DNA of 64,000 nucleotides from positions 1 through 64,000 of the forward strand of contig JACRKZ010000068.1 in the NCBI GenBank assembly GCA_016235455.1, given 5' to 3'. Shown in pieces: positions 29,461-39,438 of this stretch. This stretch comes from Armatimonadota bacterium. Its GTDB lineage: Bacteria; Armatimonadota; UBA10988. A program made the position numbers and the translations under genes. The notes below the pieces were generated by a model. The model did no database searches, was not told where the DNA came from, and saw nothing but the letters and a program-made list of their open reading frames with translations. Position 1 is the first letter of the stretch. Each line of letters begins with the position of its first letter.

Positions 29461-30327
29461 CTACCAGATCTTCTTGAGACCGGCCAGCGAGATCTCCACG
29501 CACTCGAGCGGCGTCTTGCCGTCGGGATAGGACTCCTGCTCGATGGTGACCCACTGGGTGGCACCGGCTTCGCGGCAGGCCTTGAGGACCGCCACCCAGT
29601 CCACCGAGTCCTGGCCGATATAGGCCTTCTGCTCGGCCTTCTTGGGGCCGAAGACGGCGGGCTTGAAGTGGGTGATCAGCGTGCGGCCGGCGTACTTGCG
29701 GATCAGCGCGACCGGATCCTGGCCGGCGGAGGCGCTCCAGCCGCAGTCCTGCTGCAGGACGACGTCCTTGCTGGTGCGCTCGGCGAACAGCTCCCAGTAG
29801 GACTTGCCGGTCTCGGCGTCCTTGCTGAACTCGTGGGTGTGGTTGTGGTAGCCGCACCACATGCCCAGCGGCTTGAGCTTGGCAGCCGTCTCGGTGAAGA
29901 AGTCGGCCAGGGCCTTGCTCTTGTCGGGGCTGGCGAAGTCGCCATCGCCGGGGACCATGAGCAGCTTGCAGCCGATGGTCTGATGGAAATCAACGGTGCG
30001 CTGGAAGGCATCACCCCGGAACGAGCCGGTACCGATGTGCGTGCCGGCGGCCTTCAGGCCCAAGTCGTCGAGGCGCTTGCGCAGCTCGGTGGGCTTGCCG
30101 CCGTAGCTGTGGTAGCCGGCAAACTCGACGCCGGCAAAGCCCATCTTGGCGACCTTGTCGAGCGTGCCGTCAAAGTCCTTGCCGCAATCGTCGCGCACGC
30201 TGTAGAGCTGCAGCGAGATCTGCGGCGTGGCATCGGCGGCAAACGCGCGACGCCCGGCGGCCAACGCGGCGGCGGCCACGAGCGAACCGCCCACGAAGCC
30301 GCGGCGGGTTATGTTCTGGTCCAACAT
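29461..30327 (-). CDS. Tat-exported sugar phosphate isomerase/epimerase (AP endonuclease 2 fold)
   Basis: TRRGF Tat motif, LQLYSVRD, YHNHTHEF, IEQE. Confidence 0.85.
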   Translation of the reverse strand: MLDQNITRRGFVGGSLVAAAALAAGRRAFAADATPQISLQLYSVRDDCGKDFDGTLDKVAKMGFAGVEFAGYHSYGGKPTELRKRLDDLGLKAAGTHIGTGSFRGDAFQRTVDFHQTIGCKLLMVPGDGDFASPDKSKALADFFTETAAKLKPLGMWCGYHNHTHEFSKDAETGKSYWELFAERTSKDVVLQQDCGWSASAGQDPVALIRKYAGRTLITHFKPAVFGPKKAEQKAYIGQDSVDWVAVLKACREAGATQWVTIEQESYPDGKTPLECVEISLAGLKKIW

Positions 30328-30467
30328 GATTCTGGTGCTCCTCACTACCCAACAGGTACCTTAGCATAGACGCTTCACCGCGCGCGCGCGTTTCCCTTCC
30401 CGAGAGGAACAGGCCCGCGCGCGACCAATCGATACCCGACACGCATCCTGAGATGGAGGGAGCACCC

Positions 30468-30965
30468 ATGCCGACCACACTCGATAACCTGGCTGAGGCC
30501 TTCGCCGGCGAGAGCCAGGCCAACCGCAAGTACCTGGCTTTCGCCAAGAAGGCCGAGCAGGACGGCTTCGCCAACGTGGCCAAGCTGTTCCGCACCGCCG
30601 CCGAGGCCGAGACCATCCATGCCCTGGCGCACTTCGCCGCCATGGACGGCGTGGGCTCGACCCTGGACAACCTCAAAGCCGCGGTGGCCGGTGAGACCCA
30701 CGAAGCCACCGCCATGTACCCGCCGATGCTGGCCCAGGCCGAGGCCGAGGGACACCGGGGCAAGCGCATGTTTGAGATGGCCAGCAAGGCCGAGGCCGTC
30801 CACGCCGAGCTGTACAAGGCCGCCCTGGCCGCCGTCGAGGCCGGCGTCGACCTGGAGGCCGCCGAGATCTACCTGTGCCCGGTCTGCGGCCACATCGAGA
30901 TCGGCGTGGCGCCCGAGGCCTGCCCCATCTGCGGCGCCAAGGCCAGCCGGTTCGTCACCGTCTGA
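30468..30965 (+). CDS. rbr: Rubrerythrin
   Basis: AFAGESQANRKY, ETIHA, EAVH, CPVCG..CPICG. Confidence 0.93.
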   Translation: MPTTLDNLAEAFAGESQANRKYLAFAKKAEQDGFANVAKLFRTAAEAETIHALAHFAAMDGVGSTLDNLKAAVAGETHEATAMYPPMLAQAEAEGHRGKRMFEMASKAEAVHAELYKAALAAVEAGVDLEAAEIYLCPVCGHIEIGVAPEACPICGAKASRFVTV

Positions 30966-30988
30966 GCAGCGCCGATTAGGAGCCACCG

Positions 30989-31757
30989 ATGTCCTCCGTG
31001 ACGCGCTGGTGGTGGTTGGTCGCGGGTGCCCTGGCGGCGCCCGCGACCGCCGATCCGGCGCGCGCCTTCGCCGCTGACACGGCAGAGTCGGCGCGCGCCT
31101 GGCAGACGGAATCGCGTCGCCAACTGGCGCGGGCCCTGGCCCTGGACGACCTGCTGGCGACCAACGTGCCGGTGGACGCCAAGGAGGTCTCGCGCACGCA
31201 CTGGCCCAAGTATGAGCGGCTCGAGATCGAGTTCCAGAGCACCCCGACTCGGCGCATCAAGGCCATCGTCACGCTGCCCCGGGCGCCGCTGGTGGCCCGG
31301 CAGCCCGCCGTGGTCTGTATCCACGGCCACGGCGGCAACCGCGGCATCGTCTACGACACTGAGAGCCAGTACCGCGGCTTCGCCCACGTGCTGGCCGGCG
31401 CGGGCTATGTGACCGTCGCCACCGAGGTCGGCCAGCACCAGGTCTACGAGGCCGGCCGCACCCTCATGGGCGAGCGGCTGTGGGACGTGCGCCGCTGCGT
31501 GGACTACCTGCTCAGCCGAGCCGATGTCGACCACCGGCGCATCGGCTGTGCCGGCCTGTCGCTCGGCGGCGAGATGGCGCTGTGGCTGGGCGCCATGGAT
31601 GAGCGCGTGGCCGCCACGGTCAGCTCGGGCTTCCTGACCACCGTGGCCAACCTGCGCGACGGTCACTGCCCCTGCTGGGACTTCCCCGGCCTGACCGAGA
31701 ACTACGACTTCTCCGACATCTACTCGCTCATCGCCGCGGCATCTCGCCGCCGACTGA
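30989..31757 (+). pseudogene. Secreted alpha/beta hydrolase with internal deletion and frameshift
   Basis: HGHGG, GLSLGG nucleophile; homology-like sequence stops at DIYSLIA (about 31735); a plausible C-terminus RHLAAD* lies in another frame; catalytic His region absent. Confidence 0.6.
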
Positions 31758-31787
31758 GCCCGCGCGCCTCCGTGCTACAATCTGGCC

Positions 31788-32516
31788 ATGCTTCTGGCCC
31801 TGGACATCGGCAACACGCGCACCAAACTCGGCTGGTTCGACGGCGCCGACCTGGCTGCGGCCGACCATCGGCCGACGGCGGACGAGCCGAGCCTGCCGGC
31901 GGATCGACCGGTCACCGAAGCGGTGCTGTCGGGCGTGGTGCCGACGGCGCTGGCCGCCTGGTCGGCCTGGCTTGGCGAGCGGGGCGTGCGCGTATGCCGC
32001 GTGGGCGACGATCTGGCCGTGCCGCTGACCGTCGACTACCACCCGCCCGAGTCACTTGGCGCCGACCGCCTGCTGGGCGCCCTGGCCGCGGCCCACCGCC
32101 ACGGCTCGCCGGTGCTCACCGCCGACTGCGGCACCGCCACCACGCTGAACGTCGTGGCCAACGGCGACGTCTTTGTCGGCGGTGCCATCTGCTGCGGGCT
32201 GGGCACGGCGCGCGATGCCCTGGCCAGGGAGGCGGCGCTGCTGCCGCGCATCGAGCTGGAGCCACCCGCGGGCGTGCTCGGCCGTGACACCGCGGCCTGC
32301 CTGCGCAGCGGCCTGGTGCTGGCCCATGCGGGCATGATCAGCTGGCTGGCCCAACGCCTGCGCGCCGAAGCCAATCTGCCCAGCGCCCCGCTGGTGGCTA
32401 CCGGCGGCCATGCGGCGGTGCTGGCGCGAGCGCTGCCGGGCGTGTTCGCCGAGGTCGACCCGCACCTCGTGCTGCGCGGGCTGGCCGCGACCTACTGGGA
32501 GAACGTCCATGCGTAA
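31788..32516 (+). CDS. coaX: Type III pantothenate kinase
   Basis: LDIGNTRTK, LGADR, DCGTATT, GGAI..G, ATGG; TGcTACAAT promoter at 31773-31781. Confidence 0.93.
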   Translation: MLLALDIGNTRTKLGWFDGADLAAADHRPTADEPSLPADRPVTEAVLSGVVPTALAAWSAWLGERGVRVCRVGDDLAVPLTVDYHPPESLGADRLLGALAAAHRHGSPVLTADCGTATTLNVVANGDVFVGGAICCGLGTARDALAREAALLPRIELEPPAGVLGRDTAACLRSGLVLAHAGMISWLAQRLRAEANLPSAPLVATGGHAAVLARALPGVFAEVDPHLVLRGLAATYWENVHA

Positions 32517-32994
32517 GTCGGGACGTCGGGTCTCCGGCGCCGGGCGGGCCGTGGCCCTGACGGCGCTCGGGTTGCTGCTGGCCGCGCTGGCCCATCTGCC
32601 CGCGGCGGAGCCGGCCGAGCAGCCGGCGCTGGCCACGCTGCGCGCCTTCTGGGCCGCGCTTTCGGCCGGTGACGCGGCCGCCTTCGAGAGCACGGTGGAT
32701 CTGCCGCTGACGCTCCAGGATCTGAGCGACGCCGGCCAGCCGGGCGTGCGCCTCGTGGTGCGCCGCGAAGACTGGGACGGGTTCCGCCGGGCCTTCCCCG
32801 GGCAGCCCGAGGCCGGCCCCGCGCTGGCGCTGACCAACGTGCACGTGGAGCAGCTAGGCAAGGGGTTGTGCGTGGTCACCTACAACGTGGGGCCCACCGC
32901 CGAGCAGAGCAGCAAACACACCGCCACGCTGGTGGACCACGGCGGCTGGAAGGTGGTCTTCGCCACCTTGCCCGCGGACGACCCCCAGCCATGA
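32509..32994 (+). CDS. Hypothetical exported protein (possible NTF2/SnoaL-like fold)
   Basis: Signal peptide, FWAAL..GD, C-terminal GGWKVV; overlaps both neighbours. Confidence 0.55.
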   Translation: MRKSGRRVSGAGRAVALTALGLLLAALAHLPAAEPAEQPALATLRAFWAALSAGDAAAFESTVDLPLTLQDLSDAGQPGVRLVVRREDWDGFRRAFPGQPEAGPALALTNVHVEQLGKGLCVVTYNVGPTAEQSSKHTATLVDHGGWKVVFATLPADDPQP

Positions 32995-33840
32995 CCATGC
33001 CGCCAGCCATCTCGCTGGGTCGTGTGGTCATCGACCCGCCGCTCGTGCTCGCGCCCATGTCGGGCGTGACCAACGTGCCCATGCGCCTGCTGTGCCGAGA
33101 GCAAGGCGCCGGCCTGGTCTGCAACGAGTTCATCAGCGGCTACGGTCTGTTCTATGGCAACGCGCGTACGCAGGACTATCTGCTGTTCGATGAGCGCGAG
33201 CGACCGGTGAGCAGCCAGATCTTCGGCGCCGACCCCGACAAGCTGGCCGTGGCCGCCCGGCAGGTCGAAGCCGCCGGCTCGGACATCCTCGACCTCAACC
33301 TGGGCTGCAGCGTGCGCAAGGTGGTCAAGACCGGCGCGGGCGCCTGCCTGCTGCAGACGCCCAGCCAGGTGGCGCGCATCGTCGAGGCGCTGGTGGCCGC
33401 CCGACTGGTCGGCCATTGGCGAGGTGAAGGCCGCGGTCGGCATCCCGGTACTGGGCAATGGCGATGTGAAGACGCCCCAGGACGCGGCCGAACTGCTGCG
33501 CCAGAGCGGCTGCGACGGCGTGATGATCGGCCGCGCCAGCGAGGGCAACCCGTGGATCTTCGCCCGCACGGCGACCTACCTCAACACGGGAGTGCTGCCG
33601 CCCGAGCCCACGGCCGACGAGCGGCTGACCATGGCGCTGCGCCATGGCGAACTGATGCGCGAGTTCAAGACCGAAGACCGCACCGCGGCCGAGATGCGCA
33701 AACATGTGGCCTGGTACGTGCATGGTCTGCCCAGCGCGTCGGTGCTGCGCACCGCTGTCAATCAGGCGCACAGTTGGGATACCATGGTGGATCTGATCAG
33801 CCGGTATCGTGAGCGTTTGGTGGAAGAGAGGGTCTCGTGA
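32991..33840 (+). pseudogene. dusB: tRNA-dihydrouridine synthase with internal deletion and frameshift
   Basis: LAPMSGVT, QIFG, DLNLGC in one frame; DW..IPVLGNGD..DGVMIGR..GNPWIF..MRKHVAWY in another; TVKxR and HGRT segment missing at about 33401. Confidence 0.8.
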
Positions 33841-34490
33841 AGGATAAAGGCACCGCCGTCGCACTGGCCTTCACGCTGGGCGGGTTCGGCGTGCATCGGT
33901 TCTACCTGGACGATGTCGGCGGCGGCATCATCTACCTGGCGCTGACGTTCTTCACCTGCTTGCTGGGCTATCCGGCAGCCTGGATCGAAGGCGTCATGCT
34001 GGCCCTGATGTCGGAAGAGGCCTTTGACCAGCGCTACAACGCGCATCGCACCGGCACCCGCGACATCACCACCCGCGTCACCGTGCGCAAGGTGGTCATC
34101 GGACCCGATGGCCAGCGGCACGAGGTGGTGGAGGAGCGCACCACCGGTCGCGACGACCGTGTACCGTCGGGCCGGCGCCCGCGAGGCCGACAAGCCGAGT
34201 ATGCCAGTCGCCGGCCGCGCAACGCCGCCGAGCGCGACCGCTTCGTGCTGCAGGCCGCCGGTGACAACGCCGGCATGCTCTCGCCGCCCGACCTGACGCT
34301 GATGAGCCAGTTCAGCCTGGCCGAAGCGCGCGAAGCGCTCGATGGCCTGCACCGCCAGGGCGTCTGCGAGATCGAGGTCGACGACGAAGGCCTGACCCGC
34401 TATGTCTTCCCCGACCTGCGGACCCCCGACTCCAAAGCGCGCATGTCCGGCCAGCCGCTGGACGCGGATGAGGATCTCCATGCGACCTGA
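33837..34490 (+). CDS. TM2/NINE-domain protein with C-terminal winged-helix-like domain
   Basis: LAFTLGGFGVHRFYL, MSEEAFDQRYN. Confidence 0.8.
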   Translation: MKDKGTAVALAFTLGGFGVHRFYLDDVGGGIIYLALTFFTCLLGYPAAWIEGVMLALMSEEAFDQRYNAHRTGTRDITTRVTVRKVVIGPDGQRHEVVEERTTGRDDRVPSGRRPRGRQAEYASRRPRNAAERDRFVLQAAGDNAGMLSPPDLTLMSQFSLAEAREALDGLHRQGVCEIEVDDEGLTRYVFPDLRTPDSKARMSGQPLDADEDLHAT

Positions 34491-35412
34491 TGGCGCTCTG
34501 CACGTGGTCAGCGTGAGCATCGGCTCCAGCTCACGCGACAAGATCGTCGAAACGGATCTGGGCGGCCGGCACCTGGTCATCGAACGGCGCGGCACCGACG
34601 GTGACCTGGAACGCGCTCGCCAGCTCATCGCCGAGCTCGACGGCACGGTCGACGCCTTTGGCCTGGGCGGCACCGACCTCTATCTGGTGGCCGCCGGCCG
34701 GCGCTACACCATCCGCGACGCGGCGCGCATCGCCTCGGCTGCCAAGCTGACCCCGGTACTCGACGGCAGCGGCCTCAAAGGCACCCTGGAGCCGGCGGCG
34801 GTGGCGCATCTGGAGCGCTCGGGCCAACTCGACCTGGCCCACTCCAAAGTGCTCGTGGTCACCGCCGTCGACCGCTTCGGCATGGCCGAGGCGCTGGCCG
34901 AGCACGCACAGCAGATCGTCATCGGCGACCTGATGTTCAACCTCGGCCTGCCCATCGCCATCCGCGGCATGGCTACCTTGCAGCTCGTGGCCAAGGCCGT
35001 GCTGCCGTTGATCGTCCGCCTGCCTTTCAAGATGCTGTATCCTACCGGCGAGAAGCAGACGGCGATCACGCCCAAATGGGGCAAGTGGTACGCCTGGGCC
35101 GACGTCATCGCGGGTGATTTTCACATGATCCGGCGGTTCCTGCCGGCCGAGCCCGATGCGCTGGCGGGCAAGGTGGTCCTGACCAACACCACCACCAGTG
35201 ACGACGTCGAGCTGCTGCGCAGCCGCGGGCTGAGCCGGCTCATCACCACCACCCCGGTGTTCGACGGCCGCAGCTTCGGGACCAATGTGATGGAGGCCGT
35301 GCTGACCGCGCTCGCGGGTCAGCGCGAGCCGCTCAGCCCTGACCAAATGCTGGCTCAGCTCGAGGCCTGGGGCTGGGAACCGACCGTGACCAGGCTGGAT
35401 AGCACCGCATGA
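34480..35412 (+). CDS. Uncharacterised protein of the family usually labelled 'quinate 5-dehydrogenase'
   Basis: VSVSIGSSSRD, GTDGD, GLGG.D, DGSGLK.TLE, GDLMF, YPTG, GRSFGTNVMEA. Confidence 0.7.
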   Translation: MRPDGALHVVSVSIGSSSRDKIVETDLGGRHLVIERRGTDGDLERARQLIAELDGTVDAFGLGGTDLYLVAAGRRYTIRDAARIASAAKLTPVLDGSGLKGTLEPAAVAHLERSGQLDLAHSKVLVVTAVDRFGMAEALAEHAQQIVIGDLMFNLGLPIAIRGMATLQLVAKAVLPLIVRLPFKMLYPTGEKQTAITPKWGKWYAWADVIAGDFHMIRRFLPAEPDALAGKVVLTNTTTSDDVELLRSRGLSRLITTTPVFDGRSFGTNVMEAVLTALAGQREPLSPDQMLAQLEAWGWEPTVTRLDSTA

Positions 35413-36524
35413 ACCGTTTCGCCTTCATCGTCCACCCGATTGAGATCAAGGATTTCGCGCGGCGCTATCCGATCACCCGCTACCTGCCCAGTCGGCTGGT
35501 GGAACGGCTCATGCGGCTCAAGAAGCCGGCGACCGTGGGCGAGATCAGCGGCATCCGCTCGGCCCACGACGGCTCCGAGGTGAGCGGCGTGTTCATCGGC
35601 TGCCCGCTGACCACGCGCGTCATGGCCGATGAGCCCGCCGAGCGCACACTGCCGACCATCATCGAATCGGCCCGCGTCGGCCAGGCCGAAGGCGCCGGCA
35701 TCGTCGGCCTGGGCGCCATGACCTCGGTGGTTGGCGACGCCGGGCTGACCGTCAGCCGCAACGTATCCATCGCCGTGACCACCGGCAACACCTACACCGT
35801 GGCCACCGCGCTGCAAGGCGCGCGCCGCGCCGCCGAGCTGATGGGCGTGACCATGAGCGAGGCGACCGTGGCCGTGCTCGGCGCCACCGGGTCCATCGGC
35901 AAGGTTTGTGCCCAGATCCTGGGCGACGAAGTGGCCCGCGTGGTGCTCGTGGTGCGCGATCTGGCCCGGGGCCTGGCCCTGGCCGACCAGCTCCAGCCGC
36001 ACGCCAAGGCCACCATCGAGGTCAGCCGCGACCTGGACGACGTGCTGCCCACGGCCGACATCCTGGTCTGCGTGAGCGCCGCGGTGGACGCGCTGGTCCA
36101 GCCGCGCCACCTCAAGCGCGGCGCGGTCATCTGCGATGTGGCGCGTCCGCGCGACGTCTCCGTGGCCGTGGCCAAGCAGCGCGACGACGTTCTGGTCATC
36201 GAAGGCGGCGTCGTCAAGCCGCCGGGTGACAAGGTCGACCTCGGCCTCAACTTCGGCTTCCCGCCGGGCCTCATGTACGCCTGCATGGCCGAGACCTCGG
36301 TGCTGGCCCTGGCCGGCCGGTTCGAGAACTTCAGCCTCGGCCGCGACCTCGAACGCGCCAAGGTCGACGAGATCGCCGCTCTCGCGGCCCTGCATGGCTA
36401 CGAGCTGGCGGGCTTTAGAAGCTTCGAGCGCGCACTCAGCATGGACGACATCGCAGGCATTCGGCAGCGCGCCGCCGGTCAGGCGCCGCCGGCAGCGCCT
36501 GACCGGCCGAGCAGCCCGCTCTAG
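35409..36524 (+). CDS. Acyl-ACP-reductase-like NAD(P) oxidoreductase (often labelled shikimate/quinate dehydrogenase)
   Basis: FAFIVHP, GLGAMTSVVG, TTGNTYT, GATGSIG, DVARP, EGG, YACMAE, FS.GR. Confidence 0.75.
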   Translation: MNRFAFIVHPIEIKDFARRYPITRYLPSRLVERLMRLKKPATVGEISGIRSAHDGSEVSGVFIGCPLTTRVMADEPAERTLPTIIESARVGQAEGAGIVGLGAMTSVVGDAGLTVSRNVSIAVTTGNTYTVATALQGARRAAELMGVTMSEATVAVLGATGSIGKVCAQILGDEVARVVLVVRDLARGLALADQLQPHAKATIEVSRDLDDVLPTADILVCVSAAVDALVQPRHLKRGAVICDVARPRDVSVAVAKQRDDVLVIEGGVVKPPGDKVDLGLNFGFPPGLMYACMAETSVLALAGRFENFSLGRDLERAKVDEIAALAALHGYELAGFRSFERALSMDDIAGIRQRAAGQAPPAAPDRPSSPL

Positions 36525-38251
36525 AACTGCACGAACAGAGCGTTCTGGCGCGCGCCGGTCGTGGCCGACAGGTAGGCGCCGTCACCGGAGATGATGGTGG
36601 CGAACAGCCGGCCCAGCGCACTCACACCGGTGGTGGCGAACATCGGCTGACCGCCCGTGCCCGGCTTGCTGTTGGTCAGGTTGATCGGCGGCCACCAGAT
36701 GCCTTGTCCATCCGACACGGTCAGGTAGAGGTCGAAGTACGGTGACCCGGCGTTGCGGTCGGGACAGACCGTGGCCATCACCGCCATGCGGCCATGCGGC
36801 AGCGCGACCGCGTGCCACGAGACGATCTTCCCGCTGGCGTTGGCGCACTCGATGACCGACGCCGGTTCGCCCAGCCGGCCCTCGTGCAGCGTGTAGTCGC
36901 GAATGCACGGCACGGCGATCTTCTCTGGCGCACGCAGCACATGCACCTCGCCGCGGGTGTCGGTCAGCAGCGCCGGCGGGTCGTTCCAGGTCGGGTAGCT
37001 CTGGTACTTTTCGTACTCATAGAGCCGATGCAGTGTCTGGCCGTCCCAGAACACCAGCCGCCGCCCGGTCTGTTGGTCGGAGGCGCCCTCGGCCACACCG
37101 GGGTGCTCGCCCAGAAAGGCCATCGTGCCGTCGGCGCGCAGCATGGCCTGCAGGTTCAAGATGCCCTCGCGCCGCGGCCGGCGGTCGTCACCGGGGATGG
37201 GATGACCGGCGGCGTCGGCCGCGGCGATCTCGGCCTCGGTGGGCAGCGGCTTGGGCGTGATGAGCACGCGCCGCGCGGCCAGGCCATTGCCCTCCAGCCG
37301 CGCGGTGACCACCTGGTTGCAGTACTGGAAGAAGGTCCAGTTGTTCATCGCGCGCATGGCATCGGCTGGGGTCTGGCTCCACAACAGGTGCAGCGAGCCG
37401 TCGGCGGCAGTGGTCAGCGACCAGGAGAAGCCGGGCGTGGCCGGGTCGGTCACATTGACCGGCGGCGACCACACCCCGTTGGCCAGGCAGCGGAAGACGA
37501 TCTGCCCGGTGGCATAGCCGCCCGGTCCGTCGATGACGTCGTTGACCGCCATGTACTTCCAGACCGCGTAGATCCTGCCGGCGGCGTCCTGGGCGAGCCG
37601 CGCGTAGCTGGCGGTACGGCCGCTCTCGTCATCGCTCAGGTTCTTGGCCGGGCTCCAGGTGGCGCCGCCGTCGCTGCTGGCACGGTAGTAGAGGTAGTAG
37701 GCGTGCGAGCTGTCGGCGCGCTCGTTGAACACCGCATGCAGGCTGCCATCGCGCGCCGCGAGCGTGTCGGCATACTGGCAGCCGCCCAGCGCCGACAGGC
37801 GCACGGGTTTGACCGGCTGGCCGTCGGCCGTCTTGCCGTCGGGCTTGGGCAGGTCGGGCAAGGCTTTCCCGCCGCCGGCGCCCGCGGCGGCGCCGAGCAC
37901 CTGCTTCTGCTCATCGGTCAGCGCTGGCGGCGCGCCGGTGCGCTGCGTTGGCGCCAGGCTGGCCTCACGCAACGCGGCGGCGGCCAGGTCGGCCTTGCCC
38001 TGACCGCGGAAAGCCTTGGCTAACGCCGACCAGGCTTCCTTGTAGCGCGGCTCGAGCCGGCAGGCCTCCTTGAGCGAGGCCTCGGCGTCGGCGAACTTCT
38101 GGTCGGTCAACTGGTCCAGCCCCTGGTCGAACCATTCCGACGCGGTTCGGTCGGCGGCGCGGGCACCAGGCAGGCAGACCAACGCGAGTAGCAGGTACGA
38201 CAGGGCATGACGGATCGTCAACGGGCGTCTCCAGGTACGTCGCGCGCTCAT
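36521..38251 (-). CDS. Secreted protein with N-terminal TPR and BNR/Asp-box beta-propeller-like region
   Basis: Signal peptide, TPR pair, SSDGGATWS Asp-box; start uncertain. Confidence 0.65.
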   Translation of the reverse strand: MSARRTWRRPLTIRHALSYLLLALVCLPGARAADRTASEWFDQGLDQLTDQKFADAEASLKEACRLEPRYKEAWSALAKAFRGQGKADLAAAALREASLAPTQRTGAPPALTDEQKQVLGAAAGAGGGKALPDLPKPDGKTADGQPVKPVRLSALGGCQYADTLAARDGSLHAVFNERADSSHAYYLYYRASSDGGATWSPAKNLSDDESGRTASYARLAQDAAGRIYAVWKYMAVNDVIDGPGGYATGQIVFRCLANGVWSPPVNVTDPATPGFSWSLTTAADGSLHLLWSQTPADAMRAMNNWTFFQYCNQVVTARLEGNGLAARRVLITPKPLPTEAEIAAADAAGHPIPGDDRRPRREGILNLQAMLRADGTMAFLGEHPGVAEGASDQQTGRRLVFWDGQTLHRLYEYEKYQSYPTWNDPPALLTDTRGEVHVLRAPEKIAVPCIRDYTLHEGRLGEPASVIECANASGKIVSWHAVALPHGRMAVMATVCPDRNAGSPYFDLYLTVSDGQGIWWPPINLTNSKPGTGGQPMFATTGVSALGRLFATIISGDGAYLSATTGARQNALFVQF

Positions 38252-38333
38252 TGTTGTGCGCGAGCCGCCGCGAGGTACCCTGGAATTGGGATGCGGGCCA
38301 TCGGTCGACTGTGCAGCCGATGGCCCGCGACGT

Positions 38334-39179
38334 CTAGCGACGGCGATCGTCAGCGGATCGGCCCACGGCGACCGAGTAGGTGATGGTCCGCTCGTACGTC
38401 TCGCCCGCCACCACGTCGATCGTCAGGTTGGCCGGCCGGTACCACCCGTTCACGTACTTGTAGCTGATCTCGTGGCTGCCGGGCTCGACCGCCACCGACG
38501 CGCCACTGTCGTGGAAGGTGCCACCATCGATCGCCCACTGAGCCCCCGCGGCTCGCACCCCGGCGGGCTCGCACACCACACGCACGGTGCCGGTAGTGGC
38601 AGGGATGAGAGTGTAGGCGGCACTCACCGTGGAAGTGGCGCCAGCAGTCACGGTGACCGTCTGGTTGGCCGGCGTGGTGTAGCCCTCGACGGCAGTGAAG
38701 GCGACCGTGTGATCACCAGCAGCCACGTCAGTGAGCGGCGTACCGGACGCATGCTGCGTGGCACCGCCATCGAGCGTCCACTTGGCGCCAGCGGTCACCG
38801 CGCCGGCCGGCGTGATGTTCACCGTGACCGTGCCCGTGGTCGGGACGATCGGCGTGTAGACACCGGTAGCGCGCGAGGCATTGCCTTGAGACACCCAGAC
38901 TGTAGCCTCGGCCGGCGTCTGGTAGCCGGCTACCGTTTTGTATGACACCGTGCACGGGAACGGCGGAAGGCCTTCCACCACATCGCCCGAGGCATGCTCG
39001 GTGCCGTTCAGCACCCATTTGGCGCCAGCGGTGACAGCGCCCGCCGGCAGGATCTCCACGGTCAACGTGCCAAAGTAGTTGGGCAATGTGGTGCCTCCGC
39101 CGCACCCGCTGACCATCATCCATGGGACCAGCAGGCAACCAACGACGAGACAGAACCTTTTCAGCAAGCAACTTCGCAT
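38334..39179 (-). CDS. Lipoprotein with three PEGA-like beta repeats
   Basis: Lipobox VSGC; repeats of G.(L/V).V...PAG...AGA.W..(D/N)G..H.SG. Confidence 0.75.
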   Translation of the reverse strand: MRSCLLKRFCLVVGCLLVPWMMVSGCGGGTTLPNYFGTLTVEILPAGAVTAGAKWVLNGTEHASGDVVEGLPPFPCTVSYKTVAGYQTPAEATVWVSQGNASRATGVYTPIVPTTGTVTVNITPAGAVTAGAKWTLDGGATQHASGTPLTDVAAGDHTVAFTAVEGYTTPANQTVTVTAGATSTVSAAYTLIPATTGTVRVVCEPAGVRAAGAQWAIDGGTFHDSGASVAVEPGSHEISYKYVNGWYRPANLTIDVVAGETYERTITYSVAVGRSADDRRR

Positions 39180-39438
39180 CTGTCGCTCCTTACACGCCAG
39201 AGCTGGCGCCAGGCCGGCCGGTGTATGAGCAAGCAAGACCGAGCAGCGTGACGACCAAGAGCAGGACCACCCGCCAGCAGGTCCGCGCAGCAGAGCCCCG
39301 GACCTGTGACATGGCGTGCAGTGTAGCCGCGACAAGTGGGCGTTTCAAGTCATATTATGGTCATACACCAGATAAACACAAATGCGATCAGAGGCCTAAA
39401 GAAGCCGCCGATGCGGCCGATTGCTCGCGCCGCATGCC

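Noticed and set aside
30989-32287. 432-aa hydrolase ORF as a genuine full-length protein
   Set aside because: The C-terminal 180 aa are Arg/Pro-rich read-through overlapping coaX after a frameshift
33380-33430. Programmed ribosomal frameshift in dusB
   Set aside because: No slippery sequence, and conserved catalytic-domain sequence is physically missing
38780-39050. DNA direct repeats as a DGR template/variable pair
   Set aside because: They are the coding PEGA-like repeats, and no reverse transcriptase is present
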